A stretch of 64,000 nt of DNA from Candidatus Rifleibacterium amylolyticum (GTDB lineage Bacteria; Muiribacteriota; Ozemobacteria; Ozemobacterales; Ozemobacteraceae), in assembly GCA_009917695.1 (NCBI GenBank), contig JAACJG010000001.1, forward strand, positions 143,219 to 207,218, in the 5' to 3' direction. Numbering within the stretch: the first letter of the stretch is position 1; each line of letters starts with the position of its first letter. Both the position numbers and the translations under genes were made by a program. Shown piece by piece: positions 1 through 8,523 of this stretch. The notes beneath the pieces were generated by a model, which was not told where the DNA came from, did not search any database, and worked only from the letters and a program-made list of their open reading frames with translations.

Positions 1-336
1 GGGCTGGGATGAATTGGGAATTGCCGCCATTGGACTGCGGATCTGGTTGCGCTCAGGGCTGGAAGTGACAGAAAATGAGGGCCTTGGCGCGGTTACTTCT
101 ATGGATGGCAGTGGCCTGGATGGTGCGTCGGGCTGGGGACGCGACGCTGGCTTGCGGTCAATAATGCCGATAGTGAGTTCAACCAGTTCTTTGGTTCCAA
201 GGCCGAGATAAATCGGGTGTTTTACCCGTTTCGAAGTTAGAACCTCAAAATTTCCCTTCCCATATTTGTTTTCTGCTTTCAGATTGGCTTCAAAAAAGGT
301 TTCGCCGAGCAGTTTTTCGTATTGCTGGTAACTCAT
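1..336 (-). CDS. Partial ORF of unknown function. It starts at 336 and is open through position 1, so it continues beyond the window edge.
   Basis: ATG at 336..334 lies immediately after the flhG stop (TAAATG arrangement). The minus-strand frame has no stop across all 112 codons to position 1. The N-terminus reads MSYQQYEKLLGETFFEANLKAENKYGKGNFEVLTSKRVKHPIYLGL, in which I recognise no domain. It is not in the ORF track because no stop falls inside the window. Confidence 0.35.
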   Translation of the reverse strand, partial: MSYQQYEKLLGETFFEANLKAENKYGKGNFEVLTSKRVKHPIYLGLGTKELVELTIGIIDRKPASRPQPDAPSRPLPSIEVTAPRPSFSVTSSPERNQIRSPMAAIPNSSQP

Positions 337-1272
337 TTACTGCGTCGAACCTCCTTTGAAGAATCTTGTAAGTCTGGTGAAAAAACCTTCGATGCCCTCA
401 CAGCCAACGGTTTCTGGTATTTCGTGAAATGCCTGGGATACGATTTTCCGTATTCCCATCGCTGCTGGCGACATCGGAGAAAACAACATCAGTGGAGTCT
501 GCTGACGCACCGCCAGGTGCATATTGCGATCCTGTGGAAGGGTGCCAAGATGGTGCACTGGGAAGTGCAGGAATTCAGCAGCTACCCGTGCAACGCGTTC
601 ATGCACCTGGGTGCCCTCTGATTCTTCATCGACACGATTGACAAGCAATGAGACATGGCTTTCGGGGCGGCGATTACTGATTATCTTTATAATTCCGTAG
701 GCGTCAGCAAGCGAAGTCGGTTCGGTGGTAGTAATGACGACTATCTGATCGGCGGCCTGGCAAAAAGATATTACACTGTCGCTGATTCCGGCGCCAGTAT
801 CGATAAGCAGAAAGTCAGTTTTGTCTTCGAGAAAGCGCAGCTGGTGAAAAAGTCTTTGCGATTTATCCTGGTCGAGTTGTGCGAGTTCAGAAACTCCTGA
901 GCCGCCGGCTATTATCTGAATTCCACTTGGCCCCTGAATCATGATTTCGTCAATGTTCATGTCCCCATTGACTACATCCATCAGATTATGTTGTGGGCGA
1001 ATGCCGAATACTACATCTATATTGGCCAGTCCAAGGTCTGCATCGAGAATGATCACGCGTTGTCCCGACTGAGCTAGACATATCGCCATGTTGGCTACCA
1101 GGCTGGTTTTGCCGACTCCTCCCTTGCCCGAGGTGACAGTAATGGTTCGCGCAATTTTTTCGCCAGCTTTGCGAGGGGTGCGCGCTTCGAGACGTTTGAA
1201 AACATAAGGCTGAATCTGTTTGCGCGTTTCCGCTATGATCGCTTCAATCGGCTTGATTACAGGTTCAGTCAT
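337..1272 (-). CDS. flhG: Flagellar number/placement regulator FlhG (YlxH/FleN), a MinD/ParA-family ATPase.
   Basis: The deviant Walker A motif KGGVGKTS and MinD-like motifs (ILDADLGLANIDV) are present. The gene sits downstream of flhA and the FlhF-position ORF, as in the B. subtilis fla/che operon. Confidence 0.8.
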   Translation of the reverse strand: MTEPVIKPIEAIIAETRKQIQPYVFKRLEARTPRKAGEKIARTITVTSGKGGVGKTSLVANMAICLAQSGQRVIILDADLGLANIDVVFGIRPQHNLMDVVNGDMNIDEIMIQGPSGIQIIAGGSGVSELAQLDQDKSQRLFHQLRFLEDKTDFLLIDTGAGISDSVISFCQAADQIVVITTTEPTSLADAYGIIKIISNRRPESHVSLLVNRVDEESEGTQVHERVARVAAEFLHFPVHHLGTLPQDRNMHLAVRQQTPLMLFSPMSPAAMGIRKIVSQAFHEIPETVGCEGIEGFFTRLTRFFKGGSTQ

Positions 1273-1276
1273 ATCT

Positions 1277-2116
1277 TCAATACGTTCCTGGTATTAGATA
1301 GATCAGATTTTCGCTGAGGCAGTAAAGAAAATCCCTCGAACCTTCTTCGACGGCAGAAATTCTGCCACGGAGTCCGGCGTCATTTTCGGGTGGGATATAT
1401 GTGCAGTTAGAAAGTACCATCCCGGAGGCAACGAGGTCAATAGCCAAAAACTGTTTTGCAACAATTTTTATTTTGCTGCTCGAACTCTCGACTGGCGCAG
1501 ATTTTTCTTGAACGAAGTCCAGCATGCCGATCGGTGAAAAGTAGCCTGAGAGATGAATGGATTTGACTGTCTCATAACATTTGAACAGTGAGTCAGTATG
1601 CTGGGGCACCATTATGCAGACAGCATCGGTAGCGTGCAGAAGACAGTGGTATTTTTTGAGTTCACGGGCATTCAGACTGATCCAGACTTCTGACGAGCTT
1701 TTCAGGCTCCTGATCAGATGTCTGAGAAAATCGATGCGAGTTTGCTCGGGTTCGTCTGTGAGGTCCATGAGATCTGGCTGAAAAGGCATTATGGTAAGTG
1801 GCGTTAAACCAGACTCGATTCGAATAGGAACTGGATAGCGCAGCTTGATCTGAGTTTTCGGTAATGTCTCAGGCTTGATCAGAGCAGCCTGATCCCAGAA
1901 GCATGCTCGCGGAGAATACTGCATCAGTCCTGATATCCAGCTGGTGATCGGCGGAAAGGCAATGTCTGCGATATCCGGCACAATCAGGGCTACTGAGGCG
2001 AAAGGTGAGGGGCGTACTATCTGTGATAAAAAAGCTTCCCCATTGATTGGAACTGGTTGACTGGAGCGATCGACCATTTCTTTTAACTTGCGTAGGGTGG
2101 CTGCCTGGTCGTTCAT
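1277..2116 (-). CDS. Hypothetical protein in the genomic position of flhF. No P-loop or SRP-GTPase motifs were found.
   Basis: This 279-aa ORF is packed between flhA (5-nt gap upstream) and flhG (9-nt gap). I found no GxxGxGK[ST] Walker A and no DxxG/TKxD GTPase motifs in the translation. Confidence 0.45.
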   Translation of the reverse strand: MNDQAATLRKLKEMVDRSSQPVPINGEAFLSQIVRPSPFASVALIVPDIADIAFPPITSWISGLMQYSPRACFWDQAALIKPETLPKTQIKLRYPVPIRIESGLTPLTIMPFQPDLMDLTDEPEQTRIDFLRHLIRSLKSSSEVWISLNARELKKYHCLLHATDAVCIMVPQHTDSLFKCYETVKSIHLSGYFSPIGMLDFVQEKSAPVESSSSKIKIVAKQFLAIDLVASGMVLSNCTYIPPENDAGLRGRISAVEEGSRDFLYCLSENLIYLIPGTY

Positions 2117-2127
2117 AAAGATTTAAT

Positions 2128-4218
2128 TCAGTTCTGTAATGAGATGAGTCCGACCGATTCAAGCTTGAGGGTTGTCGGTATTTCCTGATAAGACAAAACA
2201 GTGAGTCGTGGTGCTATGCGTTCGGTCAGACGTTTGATGCTCAGTCGCAGTGCCGAACTGCAGAGAATTATCGGCGCGATGCCTTCTTGCATGACGCCGT
2301 CAATCTTGCTTCTGATGCTTTCGAGCAACCGTTGCGCAGAAGTCGGATCTATTGCCAGCTGCACAGAACCATCTATTTTCTGAAGTGCATTGCCAAGCAT
2401 CTGCTCAAGTTGTGGATTCAGAGATATGACTCTGAGTGTTCCGGTGTCATCAAGCAGAGGCTTGCAGATGTGGCGGGCCAGAGCCTGCCGGGCAATTTCG
2501 GTAAGAGTATCGACTTCATTGATGCCTTTGCAGTCGGCCAGAGCTTCGAGAATGTTGACAATATGTCGGATGGACACGTTTTCTTTGAGCAGATTCTGAA
2601 GAATTTTCAGCAGGGTGGAGTGGTTGACAACATTGGGCACAACTTCTTCGAGCACCAGCGGATAGGTTTCTTTGACGTTGTCGAGCAGCTGTTGCAGTTC
2701 CTGGCGGCCGAGGATTTCATGTGCATTCTTGCGGATAATCTCTGTAAGGTGGGTGGCAACTACAGTTGATGGGTCTACAACCGTATAACCTGCCATTTCG
2801 GCACGATCGCGCTTTGAACTTTCGATCCAGACAGCCGGCAGGCCGAAAGCGGGTTCTTCGACCGGAATTCCGTCTACCTTGGTGGTGGCATTGCCTGAAT
2901 CCATGGCGAGAAAGTGGTCGGGTAGTATTTCGTATGAAGCGAATTCAACGCCCTTGATCTTGAAGCAGTAAGTCGATGGGTGTAGTTGAATATTATCGCG
3001 AATACGAATTGGCGGGACGACCAGTCCGAGGTCAATAGCGATCTGGCGTCTGATCAAAGTAATACGGTTCAGCAGATCGCCGCCCTGGTTGGTATCGACC
3101 AGCGGAATGAGGTTGTAGCCAATCTCAAGCTCGAGTGGATCGACCGACAACAACGAGGAAACGTCTTCTGGTCCTGTTTTTGCAGTTTCTTCTTCAGCAA
3201 TTTTGCTTTCCATGGCCTTCTGTTCGAGCTCTATGTCGTTTTTGTGGGCGACGTAAGCGAGAATGCCAAAAACAACAGAAAGCAGCAGGAAGCTGAACTT
3301 CGGCAAACCTGGAACCATTCCGAGAAAGCCGAGCAGGCCTGAACCAATGCCCAATACACGAGGATTGCTAAGTAACTGGTCGCTGACTTCATGACCAAGG
3401 CTTGAGTCTGAACTGGCGCGAGTTACCACGATACCGGTGGCCGTCGCGATCAGGAGAGCAGGGATCTGTGTGACCAGTCCGTCGCCGACGGTAAACAGTG
3501 CATAAGCCTGTAATGCGTCTACAGCTGATTCACCACGTTGAAAAACACCGATGACCAGGCCGCCAAGAAGATTGATAATAGTTATGATAATACCGGCGAT
3601 AGCATCGTTTTTTACAAATTTACTCGCACCGTCCATGGAACCGTAAAAATCAGCTTCTCGTTTAAGGTTGAGGCGTCTTTTGGTTGCTTCTTCCTGATCG
3701 ATGGCGCCGGCATTGAGATCAGCATCTATGGCCATACCTTTGATCGGCATGGCATCGAGAGTGAACCTCGCTGCTACTTCAGCAACGCGTTCGGCACCCT
3801 TGGTGATAACGATGAATTGAATCAGAACCAGAATGATAAACACAACCATGCCGACAACGTAATTGCCACCGACAACGAAATTACCGAATGATTTTACGAT
3901 TTCAATCGTTGCACCGCGTCCAGAAAGGATAATGCGGGTCGAGCTTACATTCAGCGAAAGTCTGAACAGTGTTGCTATCAACAATAAACTTGGAAATGCA
4001 GAAAATTCGAGCGCTTCTTTGTTGTAGATCGATACCAGCAGGATTATCAGTGCCAGGGCTATATTCAGCGTCAGCAGAATGTTGAGTATTATCGATGGCA
4101 GCGGAACAACCATCATGATAACAATCAGTACGACACCAAAAGCAAAGATGATATCCTTGCTCTGTAACAGTGCCGCAAACGGTATGTTTCTCAATACTCC
4201 GCTACTGCTGTCTGCCAA
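2128..4218 (-). CDS. flhA: Flagellar type III secretion export gate protein FlhA.
   Basis: The 696-aa protein has N-terminal polytopic TM segments (VVLIVIMMVVPLP, FHIPG-like region) and a C-terminal cytoplasmic FlhA_C domain. It lies in the flhB-flhA-flhF/G order. The ORF opens with a TTG in the track, so the true start codon is uncertain. Confidence 0.9.
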   Translation of the reverse strand: MADSSSGVLRNIPFAALLQSKDIIFAFGVVLIVIMMVVPLPSIILNILLTLNIALALIILLVSIYNKEALEFSAFPSLLLIATLFRLSLNVSSTRIILSGRGATIEIVKSFGNFVVGGNYVVGMVVFIILVLIQFIVITKGAERVAEVAARFTLDAMPIKGMAIDADLNAGAIDQEEATKRRLNLKREADFYGSMDGASKFVKNDAIAGIIITIINLLGGLVIGVFQRGESAVDALQAYALFTVGDGLVTQIPALLIATATGIVVTRASSDSSLGHEVSDQLLSNPRVLGIGSGLLGFLGMVPGLPKFSFLLLSVVFGILAYVAHKNDIELEQKAMESKIAEEETAKTGPEDVSSLLSVDPLELEIGYNLIPLVDTNQGGDLLNRITLIRRQIAIDLGLVVPPIRIRDNIQLHPSTYCFKIKGVEFASYEILPDHFLAMDSGNATTKVDGIPVEEPAFGLPAVWIESSKRDRAEMAGYTVVDPSTVVATHLTEIIRKNAHEILGRQELQQLLDNVKETYPLVLEEVVPNVVNHSTLLKILQNLLKENVSIRHIVNILEALADCKGINEVDTLTEIARQALARHICKPLLDDTGTLRVISLNPQLEQMLGNALQKIDGSVQLAIDPTSAQRLLESIRSKIDGVMQEGIAPIILCSSALRLSIKRLTERIAPRLTVLSYQEIPTTLKLESVGLISLQN

Positions 4219-4267
4219 GCCGCCCTCCGCACCCGTTTTGCTGATGAAACCCCGTCAGGAGGCTCTT

Positions 4268-5422
4268 TTATGCGCTGGCCGACTGTCTCTTCATGTAAAC
4301 CTGTTTGAGAATTTCGACGACCGCATTGTAGAGTTCCGAGGGTATCTCGTCCCCTACTTCTAACATTTTATACAGCTGTCTTGCAAGAGGTTTATTTTCA
4401 ATAATCGGGACTTTATTTTCAGCGGCGATTTCTTTGATTTTCTGTGCAATAAGTCCAGCACCCATGGCTACAACTACCGGTGCATTGTCTTTTTCTATTT
4501 CATAGCGTAACGCGCAGGCGATATGGGTTGGGTTGGTAACTACTACTGTTGCCTTGGGAACTTCTTCCATCATTCGCCTTGATGCGGCCTGCCTTTGTTT
4601 TTCGCGAATCTTCTGTTTGACGCGCGGATCCCCTTCGCGTTGTTTGTATTCTTCTTTGATTTCGTCTTTTGACATCTTTATGTTCTCTTCGTGACGCCAC
4701 TTTTGAAAGGCCCAGTCAGCCAGCGCAAGAAACAACAGGATCAGTATGATTTTTATGGCCATGACAAAAGCGGTTTTTAGAATGATGATGATTGCCGGCA
4801 CCGGTTCAAGCTGAATGAATCTGATCAGCATCGGTATGTTTTCGCGTATGGTAGAGTAGGGCACGTAAGCTACGATAAGAATTTTTAGAATAGACTTTAG
4901 AAGCTCGGCAACCATTTTCCAGGAAAATACATTCTGAATTCCCGAAACCGGGTTCAGGCGGTCGATATCAGGAATCAACGGTTCAAACCTGAAAAGAAAG
5001 CCGGTCTGAATAATGTTTGAGACGACCGATCCCAGCATTATGGCTAGCATGAATGGCGTCATGATGCGCAGGACGGTCAGTATGAACTGATTAAGCAGAA
5101 TCAGCGTTTCTGGCAGGGTCATACTGGTGAAGATGGCTTGAGAAAAGGTGTAGCGCATGTATTCACCACACATTGCAAACAGCTGGGGGCCATAGAATCT
5201 CAGCATCAGAAATCCGGTCAACAGAACAATAACAGAGCTGAGATCCTGTGATTTGGCGATGTTGCCACGGTCAATAGCTTCCTGACGTCGCTTTTCGGTC
5301 GCTGGTTCTGTCTTCTCGCCAGCGAACAGCTGCAGGTCGAAAGTGTTTGCGGCCAGGCTCAAAGCTGGCAGAGGACTATTCCATTTAAGTTCCTGGTCAG
5401 ATTTTAGAGCTGGATTTTGCAA
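4268..5422 (-). CDS. flhB: Flagellar export apparatus protein FlhB.
   Basis: The NPTH autocleavage motif is present (VVVTNPTHIACALRY). The N-terminal LQLFAGEKTEPATEKRR matches the B. subtilis FlhB N-terminus (LQFFAGEKTEKATPKKR), and four TM helices are present. The true start is probably downstream of the TTG at 5422, near the LQLFAGEK region. Confidence 0.85.
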   Translation of the reverse strand: MQNPALKSDQELKWNSPLPALSLAANTFDLQLFAGEKTEPATEKRRQEAIDRGNIAKSQDLSSVIVLLTGFLMLRFYGPQLFAMCGEYMRYTFSQAIFTSMTLPETLILLNQFILTVLRIMTPFMLAIMLGSVVSNIIQTGFLFRFEPLIPDIDRLNPVSGIQNVFSWKMVAELLKSILKILIVAYVPYSTIRENIPMLIRFIQLEPVPAIIIILKTAFVMAIKIILILLFLALADWAFQKWRHEENIKMSKDEIKEEYKQREGDPRVKQKIREKQRQAASRRMMEEVPKATVVVTNPTHIACALRYEIEKDNAPVVVAMGAGLIAQKIKEIAAENKVPIIENKPLARQLYKMLEVGDEIPSELYNAVVEILKQVYMKRQSASA

Positions 5423-5426
5423 GGTG

Positions 5427-6203
5427 CTAGCCCATCTTTCCCAGAATAAGATTGATCTCGGTCATGCTCAGGCCGATCAGATGCCTGATCAGATCTCCGA
5501 GATAGGGCATCAGTATGATCAGCATTGCCAGGCCGCCAAGAATCTTGAGCGAAAAGCCGACCTGAAAAATGTTCATCTTGGGCACAGTGCGTGCAATAAT
5601 GCCTAGAGCCACGTCACCGATAAGAATAACTGCTACGATAGGCATTGATATCTGCAGGCCACAAACAAAAAGCATGCGACTGTAAAGTGCAATTTCTTCG
5701 ATTATGCTGCCATTCATTAACAGACCGGCAAGGGGAACCAGCTGAAAACTCTGGAAAAATGCTCTGAGTATCAACAGATGTCCGCCGACGAAAAGAAAAG
5801 TCAGGCTGCCTGCCAGCTGAAAAAATTCGGAGACGATACCGAGGCCCTGGTTTGAAGTCGGGTCGGCAACCTGCACGAAAGAAAAGCCTATCTGCATCCC
5901 GATAATGTTTCCTCCGAGCCTGAGCGCGGCTACGAAGACAAGGACAATGTAGCCGAGAGAAAAGCCGAGAGCAAGCTCTTTTACAGCCATCAATCCGTAT
6001 TCAATGGCCGAAAGTTGCGGCAGGGTCTGAGTTTTGATGAGGTGTGGCAGAATGATGAGCGCACACAAAGCCGAAAGACCGGCTTTTACGCGCATTGGAA
6101 TTATTGTCTCAGAATACACTGGAATATTGAGAAAAAAACCGCTGAAGCGCACAAGGCTGATAAGAAAAATGCCTACAGCATTAAGAAAGGCGGCTTCTGT
6201 CAT
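5427..6203 (-). CDS. fliR: Flagellar export apparatus protein FliR.
   Basis: This 258-aa polytopic membrane protein sits between fliQ and flhB. Confidence 0.8.
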   Translation of the reverse strand: MTEAAFLNAVGIFLISLVRFSGFFLNIPVYSETIIPMRVKAGLSALCALIILPHLIKTQTLPQLSAIEYGLMAVKELALGFSLGYIVLVFVAALRLGGNIIGMQIGFSFVQVADPTSNQGLGIVSEFFQLAGSLTFLFVGGHLLILRAFFQSFQLVPLAGLLMNGSIIEEIALYSRMLFVCGLQISMPIVAVILIGDVALGIIARTVPKMNIFQVGFSLKILGGLAMLIILMPYLGDLIRHLIGLSMTEINLILGKMG

Positions 6204-6215
6204 TCTGATGCCCGC

Positions 6216-6485
6216 TTATCGCGCAAATGTCTGTAGCTGGCCCAGAAGTTTCATCGCGAACTGCATGAGTTGCGTCAGCATCCAGGGCGCCAGCCAGATC
6301 ATGGCCAGACCGGTAATCAGCAGTTTTGGAATGAAAGTCAGGCTCTGCTCCTGAATTGATGTTGCTGTTTGAAAAATGCTGACAATAACACCAATTACCA
6401 TACCGAGTATGAGTATCGGGGCAGTCAGAATCAATGAGAGCAGGAAGGTTTCCTTGAACAGTTCGTATAAGGTGTATTCGGTCAT
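6216..6485 (-). CDS. fliQ: Flagellar export apparatus protein FliQ.
   Basis: This 89-aa two-TM protein has a typical FliQ sequence (LILTAPILILGMVIGVIVSIFQTATSIQEQSLTFIPKL). Confidence 0.8.
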   Translation of the reverse strand: MTEYTLYELFKETFLLSLILTAPILILGMVIGVIVSIFQTATSIQEQSLTFIPKLLITGLAMIWLAPWMLTQLMQFAMKLLGQLQTFAR

Positions 6486-7345
6486 GCATTGCCACCAAAG
6501 CTAAGAACTATGGATCTGATAACAAGATTCCATCCGTCAACCATCACGAATAAAAGAATCTTAAATGGTAGTGAAATCATGACCGGCGGCAGCATCATCA
6601 TCCCCATCGACATCAACAGGCTTGCTACAATCATGTCGATTACCAGAAATGGCAGATAGATAACCACCCCCATTTGAAAGGCCGTGCGCAACTCGCTGGT
6701 TATAAAGGCCGGAACCAGAGCCAGCGTGCTGAAATCATCTTTTGTTTGCGGTTTGGCGCCGCCTTCCATGCCGGCAAACAGTGCCAGATCAGTTTTTCTG
6801 GTATGTCTGAACATGAATTCACGAATGGGGAAAATTGCCTGATTGTAGGCTTCAACGTAATTGATATCACGGTTTACGTAGGGAACAAAACTCTTCTGAT
6901 AAATCTGGTCGATGACTGGCGACATGGTGAAAAAGGTTATGAACAGAGCAAGTCCGATTATTATCTGATTGCTTGGTTCCTGTTGAGTGCCGAGTGCACG
7001 CCGAACAAAGCTCAATACAATGAGTATGCGGGTGAAACTGGTGAGCATTATCAGAATAGAAGGAGCCAGACTAAGAATGGTCAGGAGAATGAGTACCTGC
7101 AGGCCGGTGCCAAGTTGACTGCGTTCGCGCGAAGGGTCGACCTGTATTGTTATGGCAGGTATCGGAAAAGGCGTTGCCTGCCTTTGAATACGGTCTATGT
7201 CAGTATCATCGTCCATGTTGACGCGTCCGCGTGGATTGCTGAGATCCTGAGTCTGAGCGCTGGTTCCCGCACAAAGCGCGATAAAAAGCAGCAACAATGC
7301 TGGCAGTATGATTCGGGTGCATACAGATCGGCGTTTTTTGTGCAT
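6482..7345 (-). CDS. fliP: Flagellar export apparatus protein FliP.
   Basis: The conserved FliP core is present (GTGLQVLILLTILSLAPSILIMLTSFTRI...LPFKILLFVMVDGW). The ORF track extends to a TTG at 7426. An in-frame ATG at 7345 (MHKKRRSV...) followed by a signal-peptide-like segment is the more plausible start. The gene overlaps fliQ by 4 nt. Confidence 0.8.
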   Translation of the reverse strand: MHKKRRSVCTRIILPALLLLFIALCAGTSAQTQDLSNPRGRVNMDDDTDIDRIQRQATPFPIPAITIQVDPSRERSQLGTGLQVLILLTILSLAPSILIMLTSFTRILIVLSFVRRALGTQQEPSNQIIIGLALFITFFTMSPVIDQIYQKSFVPYVNRDINYVEAYNQAIFPIREFMFRHTRKTDLALFAGMEGGAKPQTKDDFSTLALVPAFITSELRTAFQMGVVIYLPFLVIDMIVASLLMSMGMMMLPPVMISLPFKILLFVMVDGWNLVIRSIVLSFGGNA

Positions 7346-7439
7346 TGATTCCGATGACGGAGCACAAAATTTTATAGGGCACAGCTCCGCTCGTAAATTT
7401 ATACAATATGGTGCACAATAACGCAAGACTGAAAAAAAA

Positions 7440-8114
7440 TCAGTTTTCAGGTGGGGTGTTGCGTTTTACCAGAAGATCATTGAGCTTGCGCAGGCGCTCA
7501 TGATTACGTTGATTCTGAGCCTGGCCAGGTGTTGTCGGTTCTTCTTCTGCGGAACTGTCGGGGTTGCTGGCTGAAGCAGGTTTGAGAAAGGAGAACAGGC
7601 GTTCCATGCCGGGAAGAGGTTTGTCGTTCTGAAGTCGAAGCGCATCGAGCGTATCTTTGTCGGTGATTTCAGCCAGCATGTTGATGCTGGAATCTGTTAC
7701 TCCGAGTATAAGAACTTTTCCCATGACGTCTACCAGATAGATCATGCGGCGGTTGTCGAGAGGTAATATGCCAAGCACCTTGCCAAAGACATTGCCGCCG
7801 AATCCGGCTTTTTTCTGGATAAGCCAGGACAGGCCAAAGGCTATTATTATTATCGCAAACAGAGATGAAATGATACGCAGAGTCGAACTGAGCGGATCAG
7901 ATGCTGGAAGAAAAGGTGCTGAGGCTACGGGGCCTTCAAGGTAGAAAGGTATTGGCGCTTCTGTTGGCGTGCCGGTTGCGGCCAGGACTGCGGTTGCTGT
8001 TGCTGTTGCTTCAGATAAAAACCCGTTGCTTTCTGCAGCAACGGGTTCGGCAGATACAGAACAATAACTGACAAAAAGTATGAGCAGTAATGTTACTGTT
8101 AATTTATGCTTCAC
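7440..8114 (-). CDS. fliO: FliO/FliZ-like flagellar biosynthesis protein. It has a signal-like N-terminus, an Ala/Thr-rich linker and a single TM segment.
   Basis: It sits between cheY and fliP, as fliZ(fliO) does in B. subtilis. The track ORF (to 8267) overlaps cheY. An in-frame GTG at 8114 gives VKHKLTVTLLLILFVSYCSVSAEP, which is signal-peptide-like. This start is inferred and not certain. Confidence 0.45.
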   Translation of the reverse strand: MKHKLTVTLLLILFVSYCSVSAEPVAAESNGFLSEATATATAVLAATGTPTEAPIPFYLEGPVASAPFLPASDPLSSTLRIISSLFAIIIIAFGLSWLIQKKAGFGGNVFGKVLGILPLDNRRMIYLVDVMGKVLILGVTDSSINMLAEITDKDTLDALRLQNDKPLPGMERLFSFLKPASASNPDSSAEEEPTTPGQAQNQRNHERLRKLNDLLVKRNTPPEN

Positions 8115-8143
8115 GTTAAAAAAAGAACGACAGATGAACTGCT

Positions 8144-8506
8144 TCAGCGCAGTGCCTTTTGCACAGCTTCTATAACACGGTTTGGCTGGAATGGTTTGAC
8201 GATGAAGTCGCGGGCTCCCGCCTGAATAGCGTCGATAACCATGGCCTGCTGGCCCATGGCGCTGCACATTATGATCCTGGCTGCCGGGTCAAGCTTTTTA
8301 ATGGCTTTTACAGCATCGATCCCGTTCATTTCAGGCATGGTGATGTCCATGGTTACAAGGTCGGGTTTAAGCTTCTGATAAAGTTCAACCGCTTCCTTGC
8401 CAGTCTGCGCTTCGCCAAGCACCTCAAAGCCATTCTTGCTGAGAATGTCTTTGATCATCATACGCATGAAGGCTGCGTCATCTACTATAAGTATTGTTTT
8501 CCCCAT
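8144..8506 (-). CDS. cheY: CheY-like single-domain response regulator.
   Basis: The 120-aa receiver domain has the Asp pocket (IVDDAAFMR ... LVTMDITMPEMNG ... DFIVKPF). Confidence 0.8.
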   Translation of the reverse strand: MGKTILIVDDAAFMRMMIKDILSKNGFEVLGEAQTGKEAVELYQKLKPDLVTMDITMPEMNGIDAVKAIKKLDPAARIIMCSAMGQQAMVIDAIQAGARDFIVKPFQPNRVIEAVQKALR

Positions 8507-8523
8507 ACTAACCGGCAGTCTCC

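Noticed and set aside
6674-7348. A 224-aa plus-strand ORF lies opposite fliP.
   Set aside because: It is antisense to a highly conserved FliP sequence. It shows no motifs and is typical of GC-skewed antisense frames.
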